From IMG/VR virus record IMGVR_UViG_3300038345_000144: a stretch of DNA of 64,000 nucleotides; one strand, 5' to 3'. Position 1 is the stretch's first letter. Each line of letters begins with the position of its first letter. The notes under the pieces were generated by a model. It made no database searches, had not been told where the DNA came from, and saw only the letters and a program-made list of their open reading frames with translations. This document shows positions 33,516 to 45,486 of this stretch, one piece after another. Both the position numbers and the translations under genes were made by a program. This DNA comes from a virus (Duplodnaviria; Caudoviricetes).

Positions 33516-33830
33516 GTGAGTAATTTAGCAATAATTCAGGCATACGCACAGAGTACACATAAAACACACGACACCCAGTACAATCAGGGAAGAAAGGACT
33601 GTATTGAGGGAAATATTTGGACGGATAATGCCAAGTATTTTATGTTGTGTGAGAATTTTCATTGTTATAAGGAGCCTACTGGCGATGTGGCTATCCAGTC
33701 AACAGGTAAGCCACAGGAGACCGTAGACAAGATGCTTGCTATGGCAGGTAATGAGAGGGTTACAAAGGGTGGAGCCAAGATTACTCCTATCCCCGTCGCC
33801 TCACCGAAGTTAGATTTCCCTAATAAGTAA
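33516..33830 (+). CDS. hypothetical protein sharing motif with 553..885
   Basis: YNQGRKDCIEGNIWTDNAKYF. Confidence 0.6.
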   Translation: MSNLAIIQAYAQSTHKTHDTQYNQGRKDCIEGNIWTDNAKYFMLCENFHCYKEPTGDVAIQSTGKPQETVDKMLAMAGNERVTKGGAKITPIPVASPKLDFPNK

Positions 33831-35561
33831 GTGTTTTGGAGGTGTTGAAAATGACAAATATTAAGAGTTGTTTATTGTGTAAAAACTATAATACACATCC
33901 TTGTGAATGTGAGCACTGTGAGGATTGGGATAATTTCCGTATCTCTGAAAGCGGAAAAGCATTAAGAGAAAAGATTTATGGTGACGGTTATCAGGACGGT
34001 CATAAAGACGGTTATGATAAGGGTTATGATGACGCACAGGCAAATAATAACAGACCACAAGGCAAGTGGGAAAAGCACGACACTTGGGACTATTCCTGCT
34101 CTATTTGTGGAGAAACATCCACGGTAGATGATGGAATTGTTGAGGATTTGCCTAACTTCTGCCCTAATTGTGGGGCATCAATGAGAAAAATAAGTAAGGA
34201 GTAATAATTATGATTTCAGCAAAAGAAGCCAGAGAAAAGGCAGAAGCCAAGTATGAGCAGGAAGTTATGCAGGAACTTGCGTTCATAGAAGAGCAGATAC
34301 TTAAATCCGTAGATAAGTGTAATATGTCTGTTAACATAGTTACTGATTTACACGCTAAAACAACTGGTGAACTTGAAAAGTTGGGATATAGGGTAGAAAT
34401 GACTACATCTCAAAAAGAGGGTACAGAATACACAATCTATTGGTGATTTCTAAAGGAGAAGAGAATAATGTTTAGCGATGAAACCTATCAGATTAACGAG
34501 GCTATCAAGGTCTTGAGAGACCTATGTTCCTATCAGGGCAATTGTACTGAAAATTGTCCTATGTATCAAAATTGTCATAAGTTTAAGGACCATATAGGCA
34601 CAAGCCCTGATGAGTGGGAATTGATACCCAACCCTGATGAAGTGCCTTTATATAAATATGAATTGGTTTTAGGTGATGATAAGCCAACTTGTTTTATGTC
34701 CGATGCTTATAATGTGCTTGTCGATGAGGTCACTTCTTATACTAATAATATGGGCGTGAGAACATTCTGTATGTTTTCCCCTATGAACAACAAAATGGAC
34801 TTCTTCTTGAGAGAGATAGGCAGAACATTAAGAGACGAGTCCACGGCAGTATATAAAGCCTATGAACAGGCAAATGGTAACTTTCACCAGTTTGACAGGT
34901 TTTTAGGAAAGTACAAGGGTTCGAGAAAGGATGATGAAGAATGATTGCTGATAGACGACTTTTATTTGAGGGCGAAGGTATTTCAGGGGATAATCTCCGA
35001 GTTTGGAGAGTTACCCGCCTTACTAATGTTTATTTGAGATTTGAGTCCAAGCCCGCCGATGTGGATTGGCGAAAGGCAACTTCTATTGATGTTCCAGAAG
35101 CAGATTTCATAAAGGCGTGTGGATATACATTCGGGGGAATATTCGGGGGAATAAATGAGTAATATGGCAGTAAATATAGAAGCCTCTAAACGAGTAATTG
35201 AAATTAGACAATCAAAGATGCCGTTGGATTGGGTTATATATAACAACTTGAGAAAGACGGCTGTTAGGTATCATATGGACAGGGGGACGGGTAAGGTAGT
35301 TTACGAAAGAGTCCCCTATGATTTTAGATTTGAGGAAATGAGTAAGGGCGACAATTGTTAATATTGGAGGAATTAGAATGGTAGTATCAGATTTAAGAAA
35401 AGTCGTGGTATCATACCAAAAGGTATATATTTTGAACTCTGATTACGATGTTGAATGTGAGTGTGAAACGAAGGATATACCTAAAAAGTTCTTAAACCAC
35501 ACAATTGCCGATGTAGAAGTACAGGATAATGTGCTGATGATTAGATGTGAGGACTTATAAA

Positions 35562-36161
35562 ATGATTAGATGTGAAAAATGTGGCAAACCGATTACACAT
35601 ATTCTCACGAACATCTTTGACCGTGAGGGAAACGACTATGAGCAAAAGATAGAGATTAAGTCGGACCATAGTGCTGTTATTTTCCGTATTGACGCTAACT
35701 GGGTAGGCTATGAATTGACCGAGGAAGAGCAGAGAGAGTGTATTCTTTGCCCTCATTGTCATAAGTACCCGTTTAATTGCGAGGAAATCCACATCTACGA
35801 TAATGATATAGATGTGGTTATGTTTATGGACGACAAGCAGGTGGAAAAGCAGGACTCGGAGGTTGAAAGTTGGATAAAGAAGTTTAAGTTTATCGGTGCT
35901 GATAACCTTGAGACTGTATTCACTGGTGGTAATTGCTATTATTTTGCTGTTATTTTGAAGGAACACTTCGGAGGCGAGATTTATTACCTACCGATTGCTA
36001 ATCATTTTGTCTGCCAGATAAATGAGAATTTCTATGATATTACGGGAAAGGTTATTCCTGATGAGAAACCTATATGCTGGGCAGACTACAAGAATTATGA
36101 CGAGTTGGAGTATAATAGAATAGTTCGAGATTGCTTGAATTTTGATACGAGAAAAGTCTAA
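35562..36161 (+). CDS. zinc ribbon fused to papain/transglutaminase-like domain
   Basis: CEKC...CPHC; GNCYYFA...NHFV...YDITG (Cys-His-Asp order). Confidence 0.55.
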   Translation: MIRCEKCGKPITHILTNIFDREGNDYEQKIEIKSDHSAVIFRIDANWVGYELTEEEQRECILCPHCHKYPFNCEEIHIYDNDIDVVMFMDDKQVEKQDSEVESWIKKFKFIGADNLETVFTGGNCYYFAVILKEHFGGEIYYLPIANHFVCQINENFYDITGKVIPDEKPICWADYKNYDELEYNRIVRDCLNFDTRKV

Positions 36162-36175
36162 TAAAAACGGAAAGG

Positions 36176-37162
36176 TTGTGTTGTATTTTGTTTAAGAAAA
36201 TAGTTTATGTTCTTTGGGTGTTAGCAAACCTCTATGTAATTTATTCAGGAGGAAAGACTTGTTATATCTATTATACGGCAGGCAATACGCTTTATGCTGT
36301 ATTGACGGGATTGGCTGTTGTAGGTTTTACTCTGCTTACTGCCTTTATCATTTATAGAGATGTAAAGAGTTACTATAACAAAAAGAACGGTGTTAAGGTA
36401 TATCCTTACGACTGTGGCAACTGTAAGAATGAGTCCAAGTGTCCTAATAAGTTTGCCAAAATGAAGTTATGGTGTGATATTGACGAGTGCAAATATTGGG
36501 AGGCAACGGAAAACGATGACAACAACGGTTAAAGAACAGGCAGTTGGAAATACTTTTCTTTATGAGCCATTAGGTCTAACAATTAGCCCTATCGCTTATG
36601 ATAGAGAGGCTTTATGGAAGCCCGAACTGATTAACAAAACATTTGTTTGTCCCTGCTGTGGTACAACTTATATAGCAGATAAGGCAGGCTTTATTCCCAA
36701 GTGTGAAAACTGTGGGGCAACAATGCAGGAGGAACCCTAATGGTTTCATTTTATGTAATCAAAGTAACCGAGGTCAAGCAGTATAATTGCCTTCAATTTG
36801 ATGCCCGTAGCGTCTGCAATAACAATGTGGTCTGTATGGGTACTAACGGAGTTAAGAAGTATTTTAAGGAAAAGAACCTAACCCCAACTTCTGGCACTAC
36901 TGCGGAGTCAAAACATATTGTTGACCCTATGGACAACACTTGTACGATTTGGTACGAATATGAGGCTGTTAAGGCTAAATTATATCAGTAAAGAACTATG
37001 ATTACTAAAGAAGATTTGATATTTTGCTTAAAAGCACGAAATGTCATATACGATGAGAATTGTGAGAATTGTAAGTATCACGATAACTGCAATAAGGTCT
37101 TTCGCAGTGTGATACTCACTAAAGTAATCAAACTATTAGAAGAAGGCGACAAAAAGGACTAA
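36176..37162 (+). other. four small hypothetical genes
   Basis: 36176..36532 (TM), 36474..36740 (Zn ribbon), 36740..36991, and a short ORF from 36998. Confidence 0.6.
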
Positions 37163-37166
37163 AACG

Positions 37167-37209
37167 AAAAATCCCTACCTATCATAAGATAAGTAGGGAT
37201 TGTTTTTTT
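37167..37209. terminator. bidirectional terminator at convergent strand switch
   Basis: aatccctac...gtagggatt stem flanked by A-run and T-run. Confidence 0.8.
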
Positions 37210-39261
37210 ACTCTTTAATACGACCTATGAAAGCGGCGTTTCTCAAGGAATATGTGACTCCATCAGGGTCATACAAAATTCCTTCAGATAAATGGTCGAA
37301 TTCAAATATTACGGAGTAGATATTGCGTTTCGGGGTAATATAAAGTACATCACCAGGTTTTATGGTCATACTGTGCTCATCACCCGTCAAAACATTATCT
37401 GCATTGGAGTAGATATTGCCATATACAAAGGAAATAAATTCTTTATCAAGTTTTACCATATCATTCTCCTACATTCTTTCTGTAACACTCAAGGTATTCC
37501 TTGCATACATCAAAGAGGTTCTCAATGGAGCCATTTTTACCACAAATGTCTTCTTCACAAACATCACTGTCACACCAGTCACCATTTTCATCGAGGTAAC
37601 TCATTTCAAACCAGTTGTTTGAGTCAACATAGACCTTTGAACTGTCATAAGCCTCACCTGTGTCAAACAATTTCTGGACTTCCTCTGGGAAATCAATATA
37701 TGAGGAAAATGGACCCTCGCTGTCATCACAAGCCCTGCCTGTTGGGTAGTAGAAAACCCTAACTTCGCCCATAACCTCAAGTTTAGCCTTAAACTTGCCG
37801 TCAGCACTGGTGTAGACACAAATGGTATCACCAGAAGCCATTTGCATTGAGTCTTTGATTTTTGTCATATCCTCAAATACTTCCAACTTTGCTCCGTCTT
37901 TAACAAATACTTCTTTTGCCATAATCAGTTCTCCTCATACCTTTTATCATATAATTTACAGCACTCAATCTCTTGAGGACTGCCCTTATCAGAAATAACT
38001 TCAGGTTTTGCCTGCATCACTTCTCCAAAAATCTTGGATAACTCAACAATGTGATATGGAACGTCAGTAATATCATACTTTTCAAGGACTTTCCACCAAT
38101 CACTTATAGCGGTTTTTTCCAATTCTTTTATTGCTTCTTCAGGAAACCCGTGGTCAGCCTCATAAAGACAATCTCTAACCCATTCGTCTATAAAACATTC
38201 AGGTATGCAATCAATTACGGACACGCCCTGACCAGACTCTACTTCGGCTAATGGTAATTTGTCATAGATGCCATAATCAAAGGTTTCTTCACCAATACGA
38301 TATGACGAAATAATATACGCATAGTTATTATAGGCAACAATTGACATTTCACCACTGGTAAGCCAATCTACAATCTCGGATATAGTCATTTTACTTGTTT
38401 CCATAGGGTTCTCCTTTACATATAAAATTCACCAATTCGTGCCATTAAGGACTCTAAAGCAACATCGTGGTCGCCAGGTCCACCGAAATCGTCAATAAAG
38501 TAGCCTAAATTATCGTCAACTACATAGAAGATGTCGTCATATCTTGGGGTCTGAATATGGAGAGAGCCGTTAGTTACATCAAACTCCCATACAGAACAAA
38601 TGCTGTTATCCAAATCAGGTAGCATCTTATTAAACTTAACCACCAAGCCACCGTTGGCAATTCCTTTATCGTCTAAATTGTAGAAATCTACATTATTTAC
38701 GGATATACCGCCAAACATCTTCTCAACTGAAATGCAGTTCATAGATGTTCTACAACCGACTCTGAAGAAAGTTACTTGGTTTTTATCTCCAATTCTGTTG
38801 TTCCTAATCATCTGCAATTCTTCATTAGTAATCTGTCCCATAAGTGTTCTCCTCTTCTTTAATTACCATCTTTTCTTACAACTCTCCAAAATACGAGTAG
38901 CCAGTTCTTGAGAAAATTGGTCTTCAAAAACGGTGCTTTCTAAACCCGCATCGCAGGCAACATCAAAAATCGCATTAACAATATATGGGGAGTTATAAGG
39001 TTCTGGCTCATTCTGGTCCCATTGAATGTAGATATAGATTAAGATATTTGGTAAATGATTTAGTGACTCTTTGGTGGACTCATAGTTATATGCGTCCTTT
39101 CCACCACAAATCCATTCAGCCATACTTTCAATAAAGCCAGGTTTTTTAGGTACTATTACGGCAAAATACTTACAGCCAGCACTGTCGTAAAGTTCCTCAC
39201 TGTCCCAATCCAACTTTTCGAGGTACTCCAAGATACCGTCTAAACAGTTTTCACTAATCAT
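37208..39261 (-). other. five acidic hypothetical genes
   Basis: 37208..37459, 37461..37922, 37925..38404, 38416..38841, 38863..39261. Confidence 0.7.
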
Positions 39262-39285
39262 ACAAAATCTCCTCTCAAATTTTAT

Positions 39286-39927
39286 TTAGATTTCTTTATA
39301 ACTCGTAATTTCAACAAGGTAATAATCTCCTTCGTCTGTTACTTTTACCAGTTCTTTATTGCCTTTACTTAAAATATGATACTTATTTCCAGTCGTACCG
39401 CCTTCTAATGAAGCCTCGGTCCAAACACCAGAAAAGTAATCTTGAGCGTTCTGGTAGATGGTTTCTGCTGTATCTCGGTTATCGGTAGTAATAGTTACTT
39501 TGATGTTCGAAGCATCTGTCCAATAACCAGTAACCGCCTCGGTCTTAAAATTCTTGTCAAGTTGTGGGTCAACCTTCACATTATTTATGCTTACTGAACG
39601 GAGTACAACACCCCTGCGATTGTCCTGCGACCAGCGATAATCGTCACTGGTAAAACGATACACGATAGCAGTATTATCTGGAAGGGAGCCTAAATATGTG
39701 CCGTCCCCCTGCTGGTCCTCGGAGGGAGAATAATTAAGAGTTGAGGCATATATACTCCTGCCCTTAAATAACTTCTCAAAAGAAACCGACTCAAAAGTGT
39801 CCTCCTTGATAACATCTATCATTGAGATAGCCTCTTCTCCTGCCTTTTGAGGGGTTATAGAATTACAAGAGCAAAGCCCAAGTGTTAAAGTTGCTATCAA
39901 AGCAATACTTATTAGTTTCTTTTTCAT
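39286..39927 (-). CDS. putative lipoprotein
   Basis: MKKK + hydrophobic stretch + LGLCSC lipobox. Confidence 0.75.
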   Translation of the reverse strand: MKKKLISIALIATLTLGLCSCNSITPQKAGEEAISMIDVIKEDTFESVSFEKLFKGRSIYASTLNYSPSEDQQGDGTYLGSLPDNTAIVYRFTSDDYRWSQDNRRGVVLRSVSINNVKVDPQLDKNFKTEAVTGYWTDASNIKVTITTDNRDTAETIYQNAQDYFSGVWTEASLEGGTTGNKYHILSKGNKELVKVTDEGDYYLVEITSYKEI

Positions 39928-39951
39928 ATATCAGTTACCTCAAAATTATTA

Positions 39952-40608
39952 TTATTTATCAACTATGTCAGTGTCCATATTTGCCCAGCCATAAGCGTCC
40001 ATAGGGTGATATGGGATTTCAGGGCTAACGGTGTCCATAAGATAAATCATATATTCGCCGTCTTGCTGGGTCATATAGATAACATTGATACCATCAACCT
40101 TACCAATCCACTCGTTATCCCCAACAGATGTCTCAATAGTAGGATATTTACCAATATATAAGCCTACCAAGTCGCTATAAAGGTTCATAGCCTCGTTCTT
40201 ATCTACAACGCTTACTGCCATATACATAATAGTATCATCGTGAAGTGTACCCATCAATTTAGACTTAACAGGTTCCGCAGTAAGGTTCTCGATACATACG
40301 GTCCTAACACCTGTTACGCCGTCACCCTCAAGTCCACTCCAGTTGTTACCCTCAAAGTTATACTGTACTGCCTTACGGTCAGGAACAGCGTCCTTATCGT
40401 AGCCAGCCCTATCTACAAAAGAGTCGTTTGTTCTGCTGAACTTGTCGTTATCGAACCTTTGTTCAAATTCATTTGAGTCAAATTTAGTTGAACTATTAAA
40501 CGCATTGATAATATCAATGGCTTCGGTCTTAACAGGCTTCTTGGTGCAAGAACAAAGTCCCATAATCATAATTGCTGACATTACTAAACATACAAGTTTC
40601 TTTGACAT
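39952..40608 (-). CDS. putative lipoprotein (distant paralog of 39286..39927)
   Basis: MSKK + hydrophobic stretch + MGLCSC; shared EAI..I, PD..A..Y.F, VR.V.I.N. Confidence 0.75.
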   Translation of the reverse strand: MSKKLVCLVMSAIMIMGLCSCTKKPVKTEAIDIINAFNSSTKFDSNEFEQRFDNDKFSRTNDSFVDRAGYDKDAVPDRKAVQYNFEGNNWSGLEGDGVTGVRTVCIENLTAEPVKSKLMGTLHDDTIMYMAVSVVDKNEAMNLYSDLVGLYIGKYPTIETSVGDNEWIGKVDGINVIYMTQQDGEYMIYLMDTVSPEIPYHPMDAYGWANMDTDIVDK

Positions 40609-41968
40609 TATAAATTACCTTCCTTTTTGGGTTTATTGAACATTACTATAAAAACAGGAACATATAAACTGACATAAGCAGTGGTTCCTATTGCCCACGA
40701 TGTCATCAGGGTCTTGGCATAATTAGCCTCATTTGTAGCCTCGATATATCGCATATCGTCACATATAGCCAAGTCCGAGTGTTCTTTAAGCCAGTTTTTC
40801 TTTTGATTGGCGTTGTGAATTGTTGCCCCTAACCCGCTACTTAAAACGATTAAGACAAGCGTTGCTACGATAAACCATATCTTTATCTTTATTTTCATAT
40901 ATCTTCCCTTCTATAACTGTTAAGCGAACTCAACACATACTCGCTCATTTTCGATGTAAAGTGTCGGTTCTCCAACAAAATACTCTGAATAGGTATCTGC
41001 TATGTTGCTCTGAATATCCTTTACGACAGCAAATTCCTCTGGAGTGAGGTTGTCCAACTGCTTATTGTAAAAAATCTCTTCCAGTTTCTCGTCTGTGATG
41101 TCCTTATTCTTGGACATACCCTCCAAGAACGACATACTGACATCATAACAAACAATTCGCATAGGCACAAGGTCTCTCTTCTGATAAAAGTCCAACAGGT
41201 TCATATGAATATCTACGAACTCATTGTTGTCCTCTCCGTAAACCCTGATATAACCACAACGAACCCTATCCCATAGGGTTTTAACAAAATCCTTACTATA
41301 CATTAGTTTCCTCCTGCCTCATTTGTTGAAGGCTCTGCTATCGGGTTAGCATCAGCAGGCTCATTTTCCATATATTCTGAAGGTATAATACCCTCGTCCA
41401 ACTGTGAGGACATTTTCTCAAACTCCTCGATATTGGATTGAGCCACTTGATAGTCCTTCGCCGCCTGTGCGAACTCCTGTGGTGACATTAACTCATTGGC
41501 AAAATACTTGCCTGAAGCCACAATCATTATCAATATGAGAATGAAAATCAAAATCATATTAAATCTCTTTGACTGGGCTTTACCAGTAGCCACTTCCTTA
41601 AACTTCTCCGTGGTAAATGGCTTGAGTAAATAACGCTTAAAATACTTGGTTTCTGGGTGTTCGTTAGGTATGAATATCCAATGTTCATCGGACTCATACG
41701 CCATTTTACATAAAGTAATAGGCAATACTTCCTGAAAGGCATCAAACTTTTCAGGCTCATTATCGCCTACTTGATAAATAAAATCTCCGTCAAGGAAAAT
41801 CATATCGTTCTCTGATAACTCGTACTTTCCTTGAATATAACCAATCAGGTTAATAAAGGTATCGGAACGGCTCAAATCAACTGGAATATCGTCCTGATAC
41901 TCAAAGGGTGTGTAGTTTAGGAGTTTACCGTTATAATACACATTTCCCTTAAACTCGTAATGTGTCAT
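40608..41968 (-). other. three hypothetical genes (two with TM helices)
   Basis: 40608..40898, 40920..41303, 41303..41968. Confidence 0.7.
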
Positions 41969-41969
41969 T

Positions 41970-43193
41970 TTACACTTCCTCCACTACTTTTTTGATTTTC
42001 TTTACTGATTTAAGGTTCTTCTTCAACTCTCTGGTGGCTTCATCATACAAGTCCTCGAATTCCTGCTTGGTAATGGAGCCTTCAGGGACATAGAAGCCAT
42101 CATATACATTAGAGGCAATAATACCTCTTGATTTCAACTTTTCGAGCATAAGGATATGTAAGTTGGACTCGTAGATGAAGATTTCTGCCTGACAAAAGGC
42201 TTTCAAATTCAAGACTTCGTGCAAGGCAACTCTTACCTTCTCGGTAATATTGAGCAAGGTATCATCAAAATACTTTTCAACTTTCTGGCAAGCAACTACA
42301 TATTCCTTATCGGATTTCTTACAATGGTCAAGGTATCTCTGCCTACGCTCATAGATGAAGGTCCTGTACTTCAAGGAACTCTCCTTCATATAGATAGGCA
42401 TAATCAGGTCTTTGAACATCTTTCTGACTTCGGGAGACCACGGCTTATTCCAGCCACACGCATTATAGAGTATTTCATACATATCAACATCGTGGGGCAA
42501 GAACTTATTGTGTCCCAAATTATAACTTAACCTATAAATTGATGCGTTGGTATCAAATTCTTGTAACGGTGTACCGTCATACTGTTTGTCAAGAAGTATG
42601 GCTCTGGCATTATCCTTATGCTTTTCAGGGTTCTTTGTACCACATAACGGGCTTGTAAGCCTCTTTCTACCCTCACGGAGATAGTCTAACTTGATTTTTC
42701 TCTGGGGGTCGGCATTAAGTTCGTCCAGTTTCTCAACAAAATCAGCGTAGGTCTTTGTATATTCTGCAATTTGCTTGGCATCTTTGAGGTCTTCCTCGTA
42801 CATTTCCTGCAATTCTTCAGGAGAGGCATAAAATTTCTTCTTATATTCGAGAAAGTCAAAGAACATAGGTTCTTCTGCTGTAATATTAGCCAAACAATCG
42901 TACCCATAATTATCAATCAAATACTGATTGAGTTTGTCACGGTTAACTGTATAGATATTATTCTTCCAGTGTGTACCTTTCTTGACATTAAAATATCGCT
43001 TATCAGCAAGACAAAGACCACCAAAATCAAGCATCTTCTGAATATGCCTATTTATGGTGACACGACAAAGATTAAGATAACTTCCCAAGAGTTCCTGATT
43101 AACAGGAAAATTGTCCCCCTGATTATTGTAATAGGAGAACACAAGGAAGAATATCATAGTATCTTCTTCGTGGTTCTTCGTCTTTTTATACAT
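41970..43193 (-). CDS. N-terminal wHTH fused to divergent family-A polymerase-like palm
   Basis: QELLGSYLNLCRVTINRHI (HTH); EFDTNAS (motif A-like), R..FK.L (motif B-like), YESN...NVYDGFY (motif C-like). Confidence 0.5.
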   Translation of the reverse strand: MYKKTKNHEEDTMIFFLVFSYYNNQGDNFPVNQELLGSYLNLCRVTINRHIQKMLDFGGLCLADKRYFNVKKGTHWKNNIYTVNRDKLNQYLIDNYGYDCLANITAEEPMFFDFLEYKKKFYASPEELQEMYEEDLKDAKQIAEYTKTYADFVEKLDELNADPQRKIKLDYLREGRKRLTSPLCGTKNPEKHKDNARAILLDKQYDGTPLQEFDTNASIYRLSYNLGHNKFLPHDVDMYEILYNACGWNKPWSPEVRKMFKDLIMPIYMKESSLKYRTFIYERRQRYLDHCKKSDKEYVVACQKVEKYFDDTLLNITEKVRVALHEVLNLKAFCQAEIFIYESNLHILMLEKLKSRGIIASNVYDGFYVPEGSITKQEFEDLYDEATRELKKNLKSVKKIKKVVEEV

Positions 43194-43261
43194 TAACTAT
43201 AAATTCCTTTCAATTATCTTACTTGGCTAACAAAAAATTCAGTCACTTCTCACATTCATAA

Positions 43262-43555
43262 TCATCCATTAAGTTTTAATCCCCCACCACAACTACTACA
43301 TTGACCATTACCGTAAGGAGTTTGTCTACCACAAAACGGACAGGTTACAAGTTGCTGTTTCTTACGCTCATTTTCTTCGGCTTCTTGATTTTTAGCCGTA
43401 ATTTCAGTTATCTTATCCTGCATTTCTTTATTGTTTACAATCAATTTGGGTAAAACCTTACGAATAAAGATAATAAACCCTACAATAACGGCAACGAACA
43501 CTAAACATACTATTAGATTACTGACAATAATAGTAGTAATTTCACTTTTATCCAT
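43262..43555 (-). CDS. single-TM zinc-ribbon protein
   Basis: paralog of 2729..3022. Confidence 0.75.
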   Translation of the reverse strand: MDKSEITTIIVSNLIVCLVFVAVIVGFIIFIRKVLPKLIVNNKEMQDKITEITAKNQEAEENERKKQQLVTCPFCGRQTPYGNGQCSSCGGGLKLNG

Positions 43556-43808
43556 TTAATACTGCTCCACAATATTGACATACCTTATGGTCGCTTGAAT
43601 TATCCATACCACAATGTTGACAGGTAACAATTTTAGATTTAGCCAATTTATCTTCAGCAAGACTTTCATCCTTTTTAGCCTGTTCATCAAACGCTTTTCT
43701 ATTTTGGTGCATACCCTTCATAAGTAGTTTACCTATAACGATTACGCCAAAAGTAAAGCCCCCAATTAAAAATATAAAAACACATACATAAGCCAAAACT
43801 GTTTTCAT
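43548..43808 (-). CDS. single-TM zinc-ribbon protein
   Basis: paralog of 3015..3284. Confidence 0.75.
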   Translation of the reverse strand: MKTVLAYVCVFIFLIGGFTFGVIVIGKLLMKGMHQNRKAFDEQAKKDESLAEDKLAKSKIVTCQHCGMDNSSDHKVCQYCGAVLNG

Positions 43809-43903
43809 TATAAGAGGTTCTTCCTTATTTTATTATAATTAAATAGCCCTCTGTACGCATAGTTACAGAGAGCCATTTATTACAATTTGATTACAAATAT
43901 GTA

Positions 43904-44578
43904 TTACTCGGCTGATGTCTCTGCTGTTGTTTCTTCAGTTGTTTCGCCTTCAGAAGTCTCTGAAGTTTCGCTTGTTTCAGCAGTTGTTTCCGTTGTTTCA
44001 ACTGTTGTTTCACTTGTTGTAGTGCCTGAAGTTACGGCTTCCTTGAAAGAAACCTGTGAGGCATCGCCCGCAATACAGATAGCAAGAAGTCCTGTTTGTC
44101 CGTCATTACTTACAACGGAGAAAGTAAATGCCAAAGTCTGACCTTCCTGTACGACATTCTCGGCTACGGCAATAACAAGAGTACCGTTGTCAAATGAGTA
44201 AGCATACTGGTCGGCGTTCAGCATCTTGAGTTCCTGTGCTACACCATTTTCATCAAAGGTAATGCACTGGACATCTGAATTCTGTGCGATTTCTGCTGTA
44301 AGTGTTGGGGAAACGATAGTCAGTCTAACCTGCTGACCGTTAGGAATAACGGGGAGGTTCTCTCCGTCCTTTGTAGGAGCAATCGTAGCACCTGTAAACT
44401 CGATTGAAGTAATATCAAGTCCTACTGCTCTGTACCACTCGTCTGTGGTTACATTATTTGTGGTGGTAACTACTGCTGAAGATGGAGTAGTTTCTGAAGG
44501 GAGTGTCTTTGAGCAAGCAACTCCTGACAGACACATAGTTCCAATTAAGGCAGTAGCCAAAATCTTCCTTACATTCAT
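43904..44578 (-). CDS. putative lipoprotein with Thr/Glu/Ser-rich tail
   Basis: GVAC lipobox; low-complexity ETTxET tail; IAGDASQVSF. Confidence 0.8.
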   Translation of the reverse strand: MNVRKILATALIGTMCLSGVACSKTLPSETTPSSAVVTTTNNVTTDEWYRAVGLDITSIEFTGATIAPTKDGENLPVIPNGQQVRLTIVSPTLTAEIAQNSDVQCITFDENGVAQELKMLNADQYAYSFDNGTLVIAVAENVVQEGQTLAFTFSVVSNDGQTGLLAICIAGDASQVSFKEAVTSGTTTSETTVETTETTAETSETSETSEGETTEETTAETSAE

Positions 44579-44626
44579 AAGTTAATTTACTCCTATTATT
44601 TTAAGTCTTCCGACTGATAATGATTT

Positions 44627-44656
44627 ATTATACTACGAAAACTTATCGTTTGTATA
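44627..44656 (-). promoter_or_regulatory. promoter TATACA-N18-TATAAT
   Basis: hexamers upstream of lipoprotein gene. Confidence 0.6.
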
Positions 44657-44696
44657 GTGTTTTTGCCCTATTTTTACGGGTTTTTCCTGTAAAAAT

Positions 44697-45471
44697 TTAG
44701 CCACCATTTAATTGATTGAATATAATGTTTATCAAAACACCGTCATAATCAGTCAAGAACCCTTTATTTTGCTCTCGTAACGGCTCCTGACAAATCTGGG
44801 ACATTGTTTGCTGTGGTACTGCCACCTTATCCAATGTGATTGTCCTGCCTTCAAGGGTTATTACAGGGAACTCGGTACTGACCAACTCGGCTAACTCCGA
44901 ACAAATGTCTTTAATCTGGTTAGCGGAGTTTATGTTGGTCGCTCTCTTGCTCTCATAATAGATATTAGTAACAAATAGGCGGTCATCTACGGCAAAATAC
45001 CAAATATCATCTTGTTCACCAGTTTCCTTACCTGTCAAAGTCTTCTTTAACTGCTTGAAATCAGGTTGGGACATTGATGTACGGAGATAAGTAACCGACT
45101 TATCAGCCTTAATGGAGTCATAAGTGGTATTATTAGCCAACTTGCCAAATTTCTCATTAAGTTTAACTATCTGTTCTAATCGACTTTTCAGATTTCCCAT
45201 AGGTCGTTATCACCCCTTATCTACAAACTACTTGGGTCCAATCAGTCGGGTCTTCCCAGTAATTATCCAAGTTCATATTCTTGATTTGACCGATAATTTC
45301 CATCTTCTGCTCTTTGGGTATTTCTAACTCATAGAACTGGTCGTCATCAAAGGTGTGAATATAGAACGAAAAGTATGGTCGCTGTTTAGTTGGATAAACT
45401 ACCACAAAATCACCGTCTGATTGATGGTCAAATATAAACGAATTGTCATTAAATCTTTCTAACTTTACCAT
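44697..45471 (-). other. two hypothetical genes
   Basis: 44697..45200, 45217..45471. Confidence 0.65.
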
Positions 45472-45486
45472 AAATTCCCTCCAAAA

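Larger units (their letters stand above)
29307..35560 (+). other. plus-strand cluster of >20 small hypothetical genes, many Cys-rich
   Basis: abutting ORFs with GGAG RBSs, e.g. 29307..29597, 29614..29814, 29826..30080, 30080..30427, 30420..30581, 30574..30747, 30750..31097, 31090..31281, 31285..31542, 31548..31841, 32058..32354, 32360..32626, 32776..33000, 33851..34204, 34210..34446, 34468..34944, 34941..35162, 35155..35361, 35378..35560. Confidence 0.7.
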
